NCBI GenBank assembly: GCA_963716955.1
Contig: CAVQUY010000005.1
Coordinates: 214,011-278,010 of the forward strand
Direction: 5' to 3'
DNA: 64,000 bases
Source: an uncultured Actinomycetota bacterium
GTDB lineage: Bacteria; Actinomycetota; Actinomycetes; Mycobacteriales; Pseudonocardiaceae
This document shows, in pieces, positions 31,526-42,199 of this stretch; the first letter of the stretch is position 1; every line of letters begins with the position of its first letter. The notes beneath the pieces were generated by a model. The model was not told the origin of the DNA. It made no database searches and saw only the letters and a program-made list of their open reading frames with translations. Both the position numbers and the translations under genes were made by a program.

Positions 31526-31720
31526 ATGGACGCGGAGCGCAGCGGGGTCCGCGCCTCCGACCGGGAGCGCGCGCTGGTGGTCGAGCGGCTGACCCGCGCC
31601 CTCGAGCACGGCCGGCTCAGCCTGGCCGAGTACGACGAGCGGGTGGCCGCGACCTACGCGGCCGTCCGACGCGACGAGCTGGCGCGGCTCACCGAGGATC
31701 TGCCCGGCCGTCTGTGGTGA
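31526..31720 (+). CDS. DUF1707-domain protein
   Basis: RASDRERALVVERLTRALEHGRLSLAEYDERVAATYAAVRRDELARLTEDLP fits the DUF1707 consensus. Confidence 0.65.
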   Translation: MDAERSGVRASDRERALVVERLTRALEHGRLSLAEYDERVAATYAAVRRDELARLTEDLPGRLW

Positions 31721-32662
31721 ACGCCGGCGGCTCCGGCAGGTCCACGGGCTCCGGGACGGCGGCCGGCTCCGGCAGGGCTGCCGGCTCCGGGACCTCGGCC
31801 GACCCGGGGACGGCGACGTCGGGCAGCGCCTCCACCGGGACGGCGGCACCGTTGCGGTGCGCCCGCTCGGCCGGGGCGGTCTCGCCGGCACCGGTCGCGC
31901 GCCGGCGCCCCCGGTCGCGTGCTCGAAGAACCGCAGCAGCTCCACCGGGAACGGCATGACCAGCGTGCTGTTCTTCTCGGCCGCCACGTCGGTGACGGTC
32001 TGGAGCAGGCGCAGCTGCAGGGCGCCGGGGGTGTCGCTCATCGTCCCGGCGGCCTCGGAGAGCTTGCCCGAGGCCTGCAGCTCGCCGTCCGCGGCGATGA
32101 CCCGCGCCCGCCGGTCACGCTCGGCCTCGGCCTGGCGGGACATCGAGCGGCGCATGCTCTCGGGCAGCGAGATGTCCTTGATCTCCACCCGCTCGACGAC
32201 GATGCCCCACTCCTCGGTCGGCGCGTCGATGACGTCGCGGAGCTCGGCGTTGATGCGGGCGCGGTCGGAGAGCAGGGTGTCGAGGTCCGAGCGCCCGATC
32301 ACCGAGCGCAGGGACGTCTGGGCGACCTGCGAGGTGGCCTGCACGTAGTTCTCGACGTTGATCACCGCGCGCACCGGGTCGTCGACGCGGAAGTAGACGA
32401 CGGCGTCGACGCCGATCGTGACGTTGTCCCGGGTGATCGTCCCCTGGGACGGGATGTCGAGCACCACGGTCTGGATGGACACCTTCCGCATGCGGTCGGC
32501 CACCGGGACGATCGCGCGCAGCCCCGGCTCGCGCACCGCGGGCAGGAGCCGGCCGAACCGCAGGACGACGCCCCGCTCGTACTGCTGGACCAGGCGGAAC
32601 GTGGACGAGGTCAGGATCAGGCCGAGCAGCACGACCACGATGACGATGGATGACGAGGACAT
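31690..32662 (-). CDS. SPFH/band-7 (stomatin-like) membrane protein with Pro/Glu-rich tail; frameshift near 31900
   Basis: N-terminal TM, then ...VQQYERGVVLRFGRLL... SPFH core, then coiled-coil ...RQAEAERDRRARVIAADGELQAS.... A +1 frame restores the tail ...PEPAALPEPAAVPEPVDLPEPPAF... ending at 31690. The as-given frame runs antisense through the DUF1707 gene and is spurious. Confidence 0.7.
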
Positions 32663-32913
32663 TCATTGCTGAGGCTTCCCCTCGGGACGGGGCGACTCCG
32701 TCGTGGGGTCCGCTCCCACCCGCCATGGTGCGCCCGGCGCCGCCGGTCGGCCACCGTCGTCGGCCGCCGCCCGCTGGGTGTGGTGCACCGATCCCGGCAT
32801 CGGGGACGTCTGGGCCGACTGCCGCCGGTCGCCTCGTCAGCGGGCCCCGGACCTGCCACGCTGGAGCGGTCCGGGGAGGAGCGGCCTTCCCCCGTCGGGA
32901 TGAGGCCTCCGAT

Positions 32914-33070
32914 GCTCGCTCTGATCCTCGTCGCCCTGGTCATCTGGCTGGTCCTCGCGGTCCTCGGGATCGTGATCCACGGGCTCTTCTGGCTGGCGAT
33001 CATCGGCATCGTGCTGTTCCTGGTCACCGCGGTCGTCGGCGGCGTCAAGCGCTCGGCCCTCCGACGCTGA
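32914..33070 (+). CDS. Small (about 52 aa) hydrophobic 2-TM protein, possibly related in sequence to 31237..31392
   Basis: MLALILVALVIWLVLAVLGIVIHGLFWLAIIGIVLFLVTAVVGGVKRSALRR; alternative ATG at 32902. Confidence 0.45.
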
Positions 33071-33100
33071 GGCCGGCCCCGGACGGCCCGCGGAGGACGC

Positions 33101-34518
33101 CGGTGACCCAGGAGTCGGACCCGCTGGCGGACGCCCCGGGCGAGATGAACGCGCTCGAGGCGATGATGTGGCGGGCCGAGGTCGACCCGCGGCTGCGCTC
33201 GGTCGTCATGATCGTCGACGTCCTCGACACCGCGCCCGACTGGGACCGTCTCCTCGCCGCCCACGACTGGGCCACCCGCTTCGTGCCGCGGCTGCGCCAG
33301 CGGGTGCTCGAGCCGTGGGGCTGGGGCGCGCCGGCCTGGGTCCCCGACCGGGACTTCGCCCTGTCGTTCCACCTCCGCCGGATGCGGCTGGCCGACCCCG
33401 GCGGGATGCGCGAGCTGCTGGACCAGGCCGCGCTGTCCGCGATGACCCCGTTCGACCGCAGCCGCCCGCTCTGGGAGGCGCTGCTGGTCGAGGGGCTCGA
33501 GGGCGGGCGCGCCGGCTACCTGCTCAAGGTCCACCACAGCCTCGCCGACGGGATGGGGCTGGTGCAGATCCTGGGGCTGCTGCACAGCACCGTGCGCGAG
33601 CACACCGAGGACAAGACCGACCCCCCGCCGCCCGACGCGGCGCCGCCCTCGCGGCTCGGGCTCACCGCGTCACAGGCCGCCCGTTCCCTGGTCGCCGCGC
33701 CGCCCGCCGTGCTCGGCGGGCTGCGCTCCGGGGCGACGCTGCTCGGGCGGGCGGCGGTCGCGCCGGTGGCCACGCTCGCCGACGGCTGGGACGTCGTCTG
33801 GTCCGCGGCGCGTGCCGCGCTCCCCCCGACCCTCACGGGCTCCCCCGCGCTGCGCGCCCGCAGCCTCAACCGGCGCCTCGAGGCCCTCGACGTGGACCTC
33901 GCCCGCCTCAAGGCCGCGGGCCGCGCCGCGGGCGGGTCGCTCAACGACGCCTACCTCGCCGCCCTGGTCGGGGGCGTGCGCCGCTACCACCTCGCGCTCG
34001 GGGCGACGGTCCCCGCCCGCATCCCGGTGGGGATGCCGGTGAACACCCGCGAGCCCTCGGACCCGATGGGGGGCAACCGCTGGGCGGGGACCCGCTTCGC
34101 CGTCCCGCTCGACGACGTCGACGCCGCGACCCGGATCGGGCAGGTCCACGACATCGTCCGGGCCGTGACGGGCGAGCGGTTCGTCGACGCGCTCGGGCTG
34201 ATCGCGCCGGTGCTGGCCGTGCTGCCCGCACCGTTGCTCGCCCGCGTCCAGGGCGCCGCCACCAGCGCCAACGACCTCCAGGCCAGCAACGTCCGCGGGA
34301 TGACCCGGCCCTCCTACCTGGCCGGCGCGCGGATCGTGCGCAGCTACCCGTTCGCCCCGCTGCCCGGCGGGGCCGCGATGATCGCGCTGACCTCCCACGA
34401 GGACACCTGCTGCATCGCCGCGACGCTCGACCCGGCCGCGATCACCGAGCCCGCGCTCTTCCGGGACTGCCTCGTCGCCGGGTTCGAGGAGGTCCTCGCA
34501 CTCGCGGAGGCGGGATGA
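33101..34518 (+). CDS. Wax-ester synthase/diacylglycerol acyltransferase (WS/DGAT) family protein
   Basis: Catalytic motif HHSLADGMG (HHxxxDG) and WS/DGAT C-terminal domain; GTG start. Confidence 0.8.
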
Positions 34519-35493
34519 GCGCGCGCCGGGCGGCGCCGGCGTGCGTCGCCGCGGTGCTGCTGGTGGGGCTGCTCGTCGAGGCCGGCCACCAGATCGCGGC
34601 CGGCAACGACGCCCCGGACTACCCGATCATCGACGACTGGCTCCACGACGCGCTCATCCTCGCCTCGAGCGCGATCTGCGCGCGGGGCGCGACCCGCCGA
34701 CGGACGGGCCCGAGCCGCGCGGCGTGGTGGTGCTTCGCCGCCGCGCTCCTGCTCTTCGGGCTCGCCGAGATCGCGTGGGGCGTGCTGTACGACAACGTCG
34801 CCACGGTGCCGGCCCCGAACCCGACCGACGTGCTCTACCTGGCGACCTACCCGCTGTTCATGGCGGGCCTGGTGCTCATGGTCCGGGCCCGGGTCAGCGG
34901 CGTGCCCTGGCACCGGTGGCTCGACGGCCTCGTCGTGGTCCTCATCGTGGCCACGCCCGGCGTCGCGCTCGTCATCCTGCCGGTGGTGGAGAACTCGCCG
35001 GTCGACCCGCTCGGCCTGGTGGTCACCGTCGCCTACCCGCTCGGGGACGTCCTGCTCCTCGGGGCCCTCCTCGGCACGCTCCCGCTGATGTCGTGGCGGC
35101 TCGGCGGCAGCTGGCCGTGGGTCGGGGCCGGGCTGGTCTGCCTCACCGTGGCCGACGCCGCTGTACAGCCTCTCGGCGACGCAGGCGGTGTCCCACCAGG
35201 GCCCCTACGACTTCCTCTGGAGCGCGGGCTCCCTCGCGTTCGCCGTCGGCGCGACCCGGCTGCCCGTGGGAGCGCAGGCCTCGCGGGAGATCACCGGGTG
35301 GCCCGCCATCGCCCTCCCGCTCGGCGCCCAGCTGTTCGCCGTCGGCACCCAGATCTACGGCTACGTCCACGAGCTGCCCGCCGCCGAGCGACTGCTGACC
35401 GTCGGGGTCCTCGCCATCGGCATCGCGCAGCTCATCGTCTCCCGACCGCGCCCCGAGGCCGCCGAGCAGCCGACGACTGATCACGTTGCGTGA
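34515..35493 (+). CDS. Hypothetical polytopic membrane protein; frameshift near 35170
   Basis: ATG overlaps the WS/DGAT stop (ATGA). 7-8 hydrophobic helices; the C-terminal part continues in ORF 35188..35493. Confidence 0.5.
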
Positions 35494-35662
35494 ACGAACC
35501 TTTGCTCGTGCGCCGAACGGGTGATGCACTTTGCACGGCGATCGCGGTGCGTCCTCCGCCCTGTACAACGGTGAGTAGTTCGATGGTGCGCAACCAGATC
35601 GCTCCTCGTGCTCGAGGCCGCCGGTGATCCCGGACGCCGACACCGCCGCGCGAGGAGGCCTC

Positions 35663-36214
35663 ATGGCGACCCTGACCGCGCACGCGGACCTGCTCGTCGG
35701 GGACCACACCGTGGGCGACGCCCGCGCCTTCGCGCTCGCGGCGGCCGCGGCCTGGCGGTGCGGGGTGTCGCACGAGACCCTCGTGCTCCTCGTCGACGAG
35801 CTCGTGGCGGCCGTCCGGGAGCGGGCGGACACGGAGCACGGCCTGGTGCTCGAGCTGGTCGCCCACGAGGCCCAGGGCCTCCGGGTCACCCTCGCCGACG
35901 GGCGCGCGGTCCGCGCCACCGCCGCGGACGTCGTCCGGGGCGCGCCGCACCTGGCCGCCCTGCTCACATCGCTGGCCGCACGCTGGGGCGACGAGCCCTA
36001 CCGGGGCGGGTACAGCCTCTGGTTCGACCTCGGGCCCGCGGACCCCGACCCGCACGGCGGGCCGCTGCGCCCGGACGAGCCCGACGCCGAGATCGAGGTG
36101 GAGGCGCTCCTGCAGCGCCACCGCGCCACCAGCCGGGAGCCGGCCCTCGACGCGTCCACCGCGGCGCAGCTCGCCGCATGGTTCGGAGCGGACCGGACCG
36201 GGGCCCGGCCGTGA
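35663..36214 (+). CDS. Hypothetical protein with weak resemblance to anti-sigma regulatory factor (RsbW-like histidine-kinase-type ATPase)
   Basis: ...ARAFALAAAAAWRCGVSHETLVLLVDELVAAVRERAD...LVLELVAHEAQGLRVTLADG resembles RsbW/ATP-binding anti-sigma factors. Tentative. Confidence 0.4.
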   Translation: MATLTAHADLLVGDHTVGDARAFALAAAAAWRCGVSHETLVLLVDELVAAVRERADTEHGLVLELVAHEAQGLRVTLADGRAVRATAADVVRGAPHLAALLTSLAARWGDEPYRGGYSLWFDLGPADPDPHGGPLRPDEPDAEIEVEALLQRHRATSREPALDASTAAQLAAWFGADRTGARP

Positions 36215-36242
36215 TCGGTCGGCCCCGGTCCGGTCCGGTGGG

Positions 36243-36673
36243 TCACTTCGGGTCGAGCACGAAGACCGGGATCTCCCGGTCGGTCTTCTCCTGGTACTCC
36301 GCGTAGGACGGGTAGGCCGCGACGGCCCGCTCCCACCACTGCGCCCGTTCCTGCCCCGACACCTCACGGGCGACGTAGGTCTTCGTCTCGGTCCCGTCCT
36401 GCAGGGGGAACTCGGGATGGGCCTTGATGTTGTGGTACCAGACGGGGTGCTCCGGGGCGCCGCCCTTCGAGGCGACGACGGCGTAGCTGCCCTCGTGCTC
36501 CACGCGCATCACCGGCGTGTAGCGGAGCTTGCCCGACTTCGCCCCGCGCAGCGTCAGCAGCACGATCGGCGAGCCGAGCACCTCGATGCCCTCGGTCGTC
36601 CCGGTCTCCAGGATCTTCTCGGTCTGCTCGCTGACCCAGCTCGTGGGGCTGCGCTCCACACTCTGCTCGCTCA
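36243..36673 (-). CDS. Deazaflavin (F420)-dependent nitroreductase family protein (DUF385/Ddn-like)
   Basis: ...[50 protein letters not shown]... is the canonical Ddn/DUF385 core. Confidence 0.8.
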
Positions 36674-36720
36674 TGTCGCCCAGAACCCCGACGAGGCCCC
36701 GGGACATTCCACGAGGCCGC

Positions 36721-37565
36721 CTACTCGACGAGCGTCTGGGTCCCGAGCACGACCGCGAGCGCGAGCCGTTCGGCGTCCTCGGTGCCGGGCTCGGCGGTGT
36801 AGACCATGATCCGCACGTCGTCGGTCGCGACGAACAGGGTGTCGCAGTCCAGCGTGATCCGCCCGACCGCGGGGTGCTCGACGGTCTTGTGCTTCGACGT
36901 GTCCTGGCGCGGCTCCGGGCTCGCCGGCCTCCCACAGCTCGGCGAAGCGCGGGCTGCGCGCGGTGAGCTCGCCGACCAGCCGCCGCAGCGTCCGGTCCCC
37001 GGGGTAGCGGGCGGCGGTCAGGCGCAGGTCCGCGACCAGGTGCGCCTCGTGCTCGGCGTGGTGCTCCGCGGTGGCCACCACCCGCGTGGGGAGGCCGGTG
37101 ACGGTGCGCCACACGGCGTTGCGCTCGAGGCCCTGCCACGTCGTGGTCTCCCCCATCAGCGCGTCGTAGGGCGCGTTGGCGACGAGGAGGGTCCAGGTGG
37201 CGTCGTAGACGACGACGGGGGTGTGCGCCAGCCGGTCCAGCAGGCGCTGCACGCTCGCCGTGATCCTCGACGGCACGACGTCGGGCCCCGGCGCGGCGAG
37301 CCCGGCGAGGGAGTGCAGGAGGTCGCGCTCGGCGTCGGGCAGGCGCAGGGCGCGGGCCAGCGACTCCACGACCTGCGCCGACGGGGACGTCGCCCGGCCC
37401 TGCTCGAGCCGGGTCAGGTAGTCCGCGGAGATCCCCGCGAGACCGGCGAGCTCCTCACGACGCAGCCCCGCGGCCCGGCGCCGGCCCCCGAGGGGGACCC
37501 CGACGGTCGCGGGCGCGACGCGGTCGCGCGACCGGCGCAGCATCCGCCCGAACTCCCACGTCTCC
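36721..37565 (-). CDS. MmyB-like XRE-family transcriptional regulator; frameshift near 36900
   Basis: HTH ...[42 protein letters not shown]; the MmyB C-terminal domain is recovered in another frame (...[34 protein letters not shown]...). Confidence 0.65.
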
Positions 37566-37671
37566 ACGATCGCCGATCCTCCGCCGGTCCCCGCGATCTG
37601 TCCTGGCCCTGCCGGTCCTACGACAGCCGGACGACTGCCTCGCCGTCCGGGACCCGCCCAGGCTGGTGCCC

Positions 37672-38356
37672 ATGACCACCACACTCGTCACCGGCGCGAC
37701 CCGCGGCCTCGGCCGGGAGACCGCCCGCCAGCTCGTCGCCGCCGGGCACACCGTCTACGTCGGCGCCCGCGACGAGGCCCGGGGTCGCGCGACCGCCGAG
37801 GAGCTCGGCGCCCGGGCCGTCCGGCTCGACGTCACCGACGACGCCTCCGTCGCCGCCGCCCTCGCCCGGATCGAGGCCGACGGCGGCCTGGACGTGCTCG
37901 TCAACAACGCCGGGATCGCCATGCTGGCCCGCAACGGCCCCGACGCCCGGACCATGTTCGACACGAACGCCGTCGGCGTGATCCGGGTGACCGAGGCCGC
38001 GCTGCCGCTCCTGCGGCGCTCGGCGAACCCCGTCGTCGTCAACGTGTCGAGCGCCCTCGGGTCGTTCACCGCCAACCACGACCCGGACAAGCCGGCCTCC
38101 CACGTCGAGGCGATCGTCTACGCCGCGACGAAGGCCGCCGTCTCGATGCTGACCGTGCAGTACGCCCGGGCCGTGCCCGAGGTCAGGATCAACGCCATCG
38201 AGCCCGGCTACACCGCGACCGAGCTCGGCGGCGTCGCGAACCCCCACGGCCGCCCCGTCGAGGTCAGCGCCGCGCACCGTCGTGCGCCTGGCCACGATCG
38301 GCGCCGACGGCCCCACCGGCACCTTCGCCGAGGACGACGGCGAGCTGGGCTGGTAG
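37672..38356 (+). CDS. SDR-family oxidoreductase (divergent partner of the MmyB regulator); frameshift near 38275
   Basis: TLVTGATRGLGRETA (TGxxxGxG), NNAG, YAATKAA (YxxxK); the C-terminus ...PVVRLATIGADGPTGTFAEDDGELGW* is in a +1 frame. Confidence 0.75.
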
Positions 38357-38362
38357 CCGGGG

Positions 38363-39514
38363 TCACGTGCGCGCCAGCGCCTCCGGGGTGAGGTCCTTCA
38401 CCGACGGGTAGCCGTCGACCGCCATGATCAGGTCGGCCTCGGCGAGGATCATGCGGAGCACGTGCTCGACGCCCGCGGTGCCGCCGATGGCCAGGCCGTA
38501 GGCGATCGGGCGCCCGATCCCCACCGCGGTCGCCCCGAGGGCCAGCGCCTTGACGACGTCGGCGCCGCTGCGCACGCCGGAGTCGAAGAGCACCGGCAGC
38601 CCGTCGGCGGCCTCGACGACGCCGGGCAGGCACTCGACGGTGGTGAGGCCGCCGTTGGCCTGCCGGCCGCCGTGGTTGGAGCAGTAGACCGCGTCGACGC
38701 CGTGGTCCTTCACGCGCCGGGCGTCGTCGGGGTGGCAGATGCCCTTGGCCATGATCGGCAGGTCGGTCTCGGCGCGCAGCCAGTCGAGGTCCTCCCACCG
38801 GAACGGCCCGCCGAAGATCGGGAGGTTCGCGATGAAGGTCTCGACGGGGTCGTCGTCCGGGCCCAGGCGCTTCCGGAACTCCGGGTCGCTGGTGTAGTTG
38901 GTGAGGCAGGTGCTGGGGACCTGCGGGTAGTGCGCGCCGCGCAGGTCGCGGGGCCGCCAGCCGGTGACCCAGGTGTCGAGGGTGACCGCGATGCCCTTCA
39001 GGCCCGCCTTCTCCGCGCGGTGGACGAGGCTGGCGGCGAGGTCGCGGTCCGGCGGCGTGTAGAGCTGGAAGAAGCCCGTGGTGTCGCCCAGGAGCGGGAC
39101 CACGTCCTCCATCGGGTCCGCCGAGAGCGTGCCCGCGAAGAACGGGACGCCGGTGCGGGCCGAGGCCTCCGCGCAGTGCCGGTCACCGTGCCCGTCCTGG
39201 CTGCACGGCCCGTACACCCCGATCGGCGCCATGAAGATCGGCGACGGGAACGTGTGCCCGAACAGGTCGATCGACAGGTCGCGCTCCTCGGGCGCGACGA
39301 GCATCCGCGGGTAGAGCCCCCAGCGCTCGAAGGCCGCGACGTTGGCCCGCTGGGTCTGCTCGTTGCCCGCGCCGCCGGCCACGTAGCCCCACGTCTTCGG
39401 CGTCATCATGTGCGACGCCTTCTCCTCGAGGTCGGCGAGGGCGATCGGGTACTGCGGGGCGTCCCCGCGCCGGCCCTGGGCGTACAGCTCGTCCTGGTAG
39501 TTCGCATACGTCAT
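38363..39514 (-). CDS. FMN-dependent alpha-hydroxy-acid dehydrogenase/oxidase (lactate 2-monooxygenase / L-lactate dehydrogenase family)
   Basis: ...PIFMAPIG..., ...AKGICHPDDARR..., ...CSNHGGRQANGG..., ...VLFDSGVRSGADVVKALALGA... are TIM-barrel FMN oxidase motifs. Confidence 0.85.
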   Translation of the reverse strand: MTYANYQDELYAQGRRGDAPQYPIALADLEEKASHMMTPKTWGYVAGGAGNEQTQRANVAAFERWGLYPRMLVAPEERDLSIDLFGHTFPSPIFMAPIGVYGPCSQDGHGDRHCAEASARTGVPFFAGTLSADPMEDVVPLLGDTTGFFQLYTPPDRDLAASLVHRAEKAGLKGIAVTLDTWVTGWRPRDLRGAHYPQVPSTCLTNYTSDPEFRKRLGPDDDPVETFIANLPIFGGPFRWEDLDWLRAETDLPIMAKGICHPDDARRVKDHGVDAVYCSNHGGRQANGGLTTVECLPGVVEAADGLPVLFDSGVRSGADVVKALALGATAVGIGRPIAYGLAIGGTAGVEHVLRMILAEADLIMAVDGYPSVKDLTPEALART

Positions 39515-39569
39515 GCATCACGGATGACCGTCGCGCGGCGAGGAGGAACGCGGGATCCCGGGCGTTGGG

Positions 39570-39640
39570 CCGTTCGGCCCCGACTGCATGGATAGCTCAA
39601 CTGCACAAGACTTGCATCAGCGAGACGGTCGAGGGAACGT
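39570..39640. promoter_or_regulatory. Low-GC promoter/operator-like region upstream of the NiCoT permease
   Basis: ctgcatggatagctcaactgcacaagacttgcatcag carries three spaced TGCA cores in an AT-richer island within a 72% GC context. Confidence 0.3.
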
Positions 39641-39654
39641 TCCGGCTCGTGACG

Positions 39655-40767
39655 ATGACCGCGCCCGCCCCCACGCGCCGCTTCGCCCTCACCCGTCCCG
39701 AGAAGCGCTCCGTGGGCGGGATGGCCGGCTTCGTCCTCCTGCTCCACGTGCTCGGCTGGGGCACCCTCGTCGTGTTCGTCGCGCCCGCGCACTACGAACT
39801 GGGCGGCGCCGGCGTGTTCGGCCTCGGTCTCGGCCTGACCGCCTACCTGCTCGGGATGCGGCACGCCTTCGACGCCGACCACATCGCGGCCATCGACAAC
39901 ACCACGCGCAAGCTGCTCGCGGACCGCGACGGCGAGGCCGGGACGCGGCCCCGCCCCCTCACCGTCGGGTTCTGGTTCTCGCTGGGCCACTCGACGATCG
40001 TGTTCGTGCTCGTCCTGCTGCTCGGGCTCGGCGTCCGCGCCGTCACCACCGGGATCGGCGACGACGACTCGCCGCTCAAGGTCGTCGGCGGCCTCGTCGG
40101 CACCGCCGTCAGCGGGCTGTTCCTGATCCTGATCGGCGTCATCAACCTGGTGGTGCTCGTCGGGATCGTGCGGATCTTCCGGCGGATGCGCCACGGCGAC
40201 TACGACGAGGCCGAGCTCGAGCGCCACCTCGACGAGCGCGGCTTCATGAACCGCATCCTCGGGCGCGTCACGAAGGCCGTCCGCAAGCCCGCGCACATGT
40301 ACCCGACGGGGATGCTGTTCGGCCTGGGCTTCGACACCGCCAGCGAGATCTCGCTGCTCGTCCTGGCCGGCGGCGTCGCGGCCGCGACGCTGCCGTGGTG
40401 GGCGATCCTCGTCCTGCCGGTCCTCTTCGCCGCCGGGATGAGCCTCTTCGACGCCCTCGACGGCGCGTTCATGTGCTTCGCCTACGGCTGGGCCTTCATG
40501 CGCCCCGTCCGCAAGGTCTTCTACAACATCACGATCACGGCGCTGTCGGTCGTCGTCGCGCTCGTCATCGGCGTCATCGAGCTCGTGTCGATCCTCGCCG
40601 ACCGGCTCGGCATCCGGAGCGGCCCACTGTCCTGGGTCGCCGACCTCGACCTCGGCAACGTCGGGTTCGTCATCGTCGGGCTCTTCGTCCTCGCCTGGGT
40701 CGGGGCCCTCGCCGTGTGGAAGTTCGGCCGCGTCGAGGAGCGCTGGCAGTCCGACCTGCGTGCCTGA
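39655..40767 (+). CDS. HoxN/HupN/NixA-family nickel/cobalt permease (NiCoT)
   Basis: Signature HAFDADHIAAID (HX4DH) in TM2; FWFSLGHSTIVF; LGFDTASEI; 8 TM helices. Confidence 0.85.
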   Translation: MTAPAPTRRFALTRPEKRSVGGMAGFVLLLHVLGWGTLVVFVAPAHYELGGAGVFGLGLGLTAYLLGMRHAFDADHIAAIDNTTRKLLADRDGEAGTRPRPLTVGFWFSLGHSTIVFVLVLLLGLGVRAVTTGIGDDDSPLKVVGGLVGTAVSGLFLILIGVINLVVLVGIVRIFRRMRHGDYDEAELERHLDERGFMNRILGRVTKAVRKPAHMYPTGMLFGLGFDTASEISLLVLAGGVAAATLPWWAILVLPVLFAAGMSLFDALDGAFMCFAYGWAFMRPVRKVFYNITITALSVVVALVIGVIELVSILADRLGIRSGPLSWVADLDLGNVGFVIVGLFVLAWVGALAVWKFGRVEERWQSDLRA

Positions 40768-40781
40768 CGCGACCGGTCGGC

Positions 40782-41558
40782 TCACCCGCCGAGGTCGACG
40801 ACGAGGGCGCGGTGGTCGGACACCTCGACGGGCATCGCGAACGCCCGCTCGACGGCGGGCAGCGGCCGCGTCGGGTCGTCGCGGACGAGGGCGTGGTCGA
40901 GCTGCAGGGACGGCGCGGTCGTCGGGAAGGTGACCGCGCGCCCGAGGGAGCGCCAGCCCGGGAGCACCGCGGTCGGCACCGGTCCCGGGAGGTTGAGGTC
41001 CCCGAGGACGACGACCGGGCGCGGGGCGTCGCGCAGCGCCCGGGCGAGGCGCAGCAGCTGCAGCACGTTGACGCCGGGGGCGAACGACAGGTGCACGGCC
41101 ACCACCGTGGCGACCGGCGCGGGCGGCGCCAGCACGGCCGCCACCGCGATCCGGGGCTCGTCGCGCACGAGGGCGACGCGCCGGCCGTCGACGAGCACGG
41201 GCAGCATCGCCGGTGACCCGCCCAGGGCGATCCGCCGCCAGCGCGCGACGGGGTGCCGGCTGACCAGCCCGACGCCGTAGGCGGGGTCGGTCGCGTCGTC
41301 GGCCGGCCGCGCGGGCCGCCACTGCTGCCCCGGGGTGCCGATCAGCGCCGGGGCGAAGCGGACGTGCCCGGCGCCGAGCGCCTCCGCGACGAGCGCGGTC
41401 TGGTCGACGTGGCCGGACCGGTCCTGGCCGCGGTCGACCTCCTGCAGCGCGAGGACGTCGGCGTCGAGCTCCGTCGCACTGGCCTGCAGGCGCCCGGGGT
41501 CGACGACGCCGTCGTGCGGGGACCGCCCGTGCAGCAGGTTGAACGTGGTCAGCCGCAC
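40782..41558 (-). CDS. Endonuclease/exonuclease/phosphatase (EEP) family protein
   Basis: MRLTTFNLLHG..., ...DVLALQEVD..., ...SDHRALVVDL are EEP catalytic motifs. Confidence 0.75.
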   Translation of the reverse strand: MRLTTFNLLHGRSPHDGVVDPGRLQASATELDADVLALQEVDRGQDRSGHVDQTALVAEALGAGHVRFAPALIGTPGQQWRPARPADDATDPAYGVGLVSRHPVARWRRIALGGSPAMLPVLVDGRRVALVRDEPRIAVAAVLAPPAPVATVVAVHLSFAPGVNVLQLLRLARALRDAPRPVVVLGDLNLPGPVPTAVLPGWRSLGRAVTFPTTAPSLQLDHALVRDDPTRPLPAVERAFAMPVEVSDHRALVVDLGG

Positions 41559-42115
41559 CGGGTCAGCGCTCCGGGGACGGGAGCGGGTGCGTCGTCATGC
41601 CCGAGGGTGCCCACGGAGATCACGCCGACGCGCCGGACGGGGCGCCCGGCGGGCCGGATCACGACGCCGCGTCCTCCCCGGCTCCCGTGGTCGTCCTCCG
41701 CCAGGTTGCGGCGGACCGTCCGGACGAACTCGAGGACGGCGGCCCGCTCGCCCGCGCTCATCGCCTCGCCCGAGCGCTCGACGCGGGCGGTGAAGGACCC
41801 GAACACGGCCGCGATCTCCTGCGCCCCGCTGTCGGTGAGCTCGACGAGCAGCCGCCGGCGGTCCCGGGGATGCGGACGCCGGTGCACGAAGCCGAGGGCC
41901 TGCAGCCGGTCGATCAGCTCGGTGGCCGACGCGGTGGTGATGTCGAGCAGACCGGCGAGCTCGGACGGACCGCGGGCGCCGTCGAGGAGCAGCGTCGTCA
42001 TCACCGTCACCCCCGACGGACCGATCCCCCGGCGACGTCCCGCCCGGGCCCGGAACCGCTCCCCGGCCAGCACGAGATCGCGGACCGCGCGCGTGAACTC
42101 CGAGTACTCCTCCAT
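41549..42115 (-). CDS. MarR-family transcriptional regulator
   Basis: ...LAGLLDITTASATELIDRLQALGFVHRRPHPRDRRRLLVELTDSG is the MarR winged-HTH core. Confidence 0.75.
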   Translation of the reverse strand: MEEYSEFTRAVRDLVLAGERFRARAGRRRGIGPSGVTVMTTLLLDGARGPSELAGLLDITTASATELIDRLQALGFVHRRPHPRDRRRLLVELTDSGAQEIAAVFGSFTARVERSGEAMSAGERAAVLEFVRTVRRNLAEDDHGSRGGRGVVIRPAGRPVRRVGVISVGTLGHDDAPAPVPGALTRCG

Positions 42116-42199
42116 ACTCGTTAGGTTACCTGGTGACCATGGTCACCGAGGCGTTGCTAGCCTCGGTGTGATCCAGACCACTCCGGAAGGGGCTGTGCC

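Noticed and set aside
35494-35662. TGCACtttGCAC direct repeat in the lower-GC region upstream of the anti-sigma-like gene, superficially similar to the TGCA repeats upstream of NiCoT
   Set aside because: The repeat is too short and its similarity to the NiCoT promoter is likely coincidental. The region is kept only as a probable promoter.
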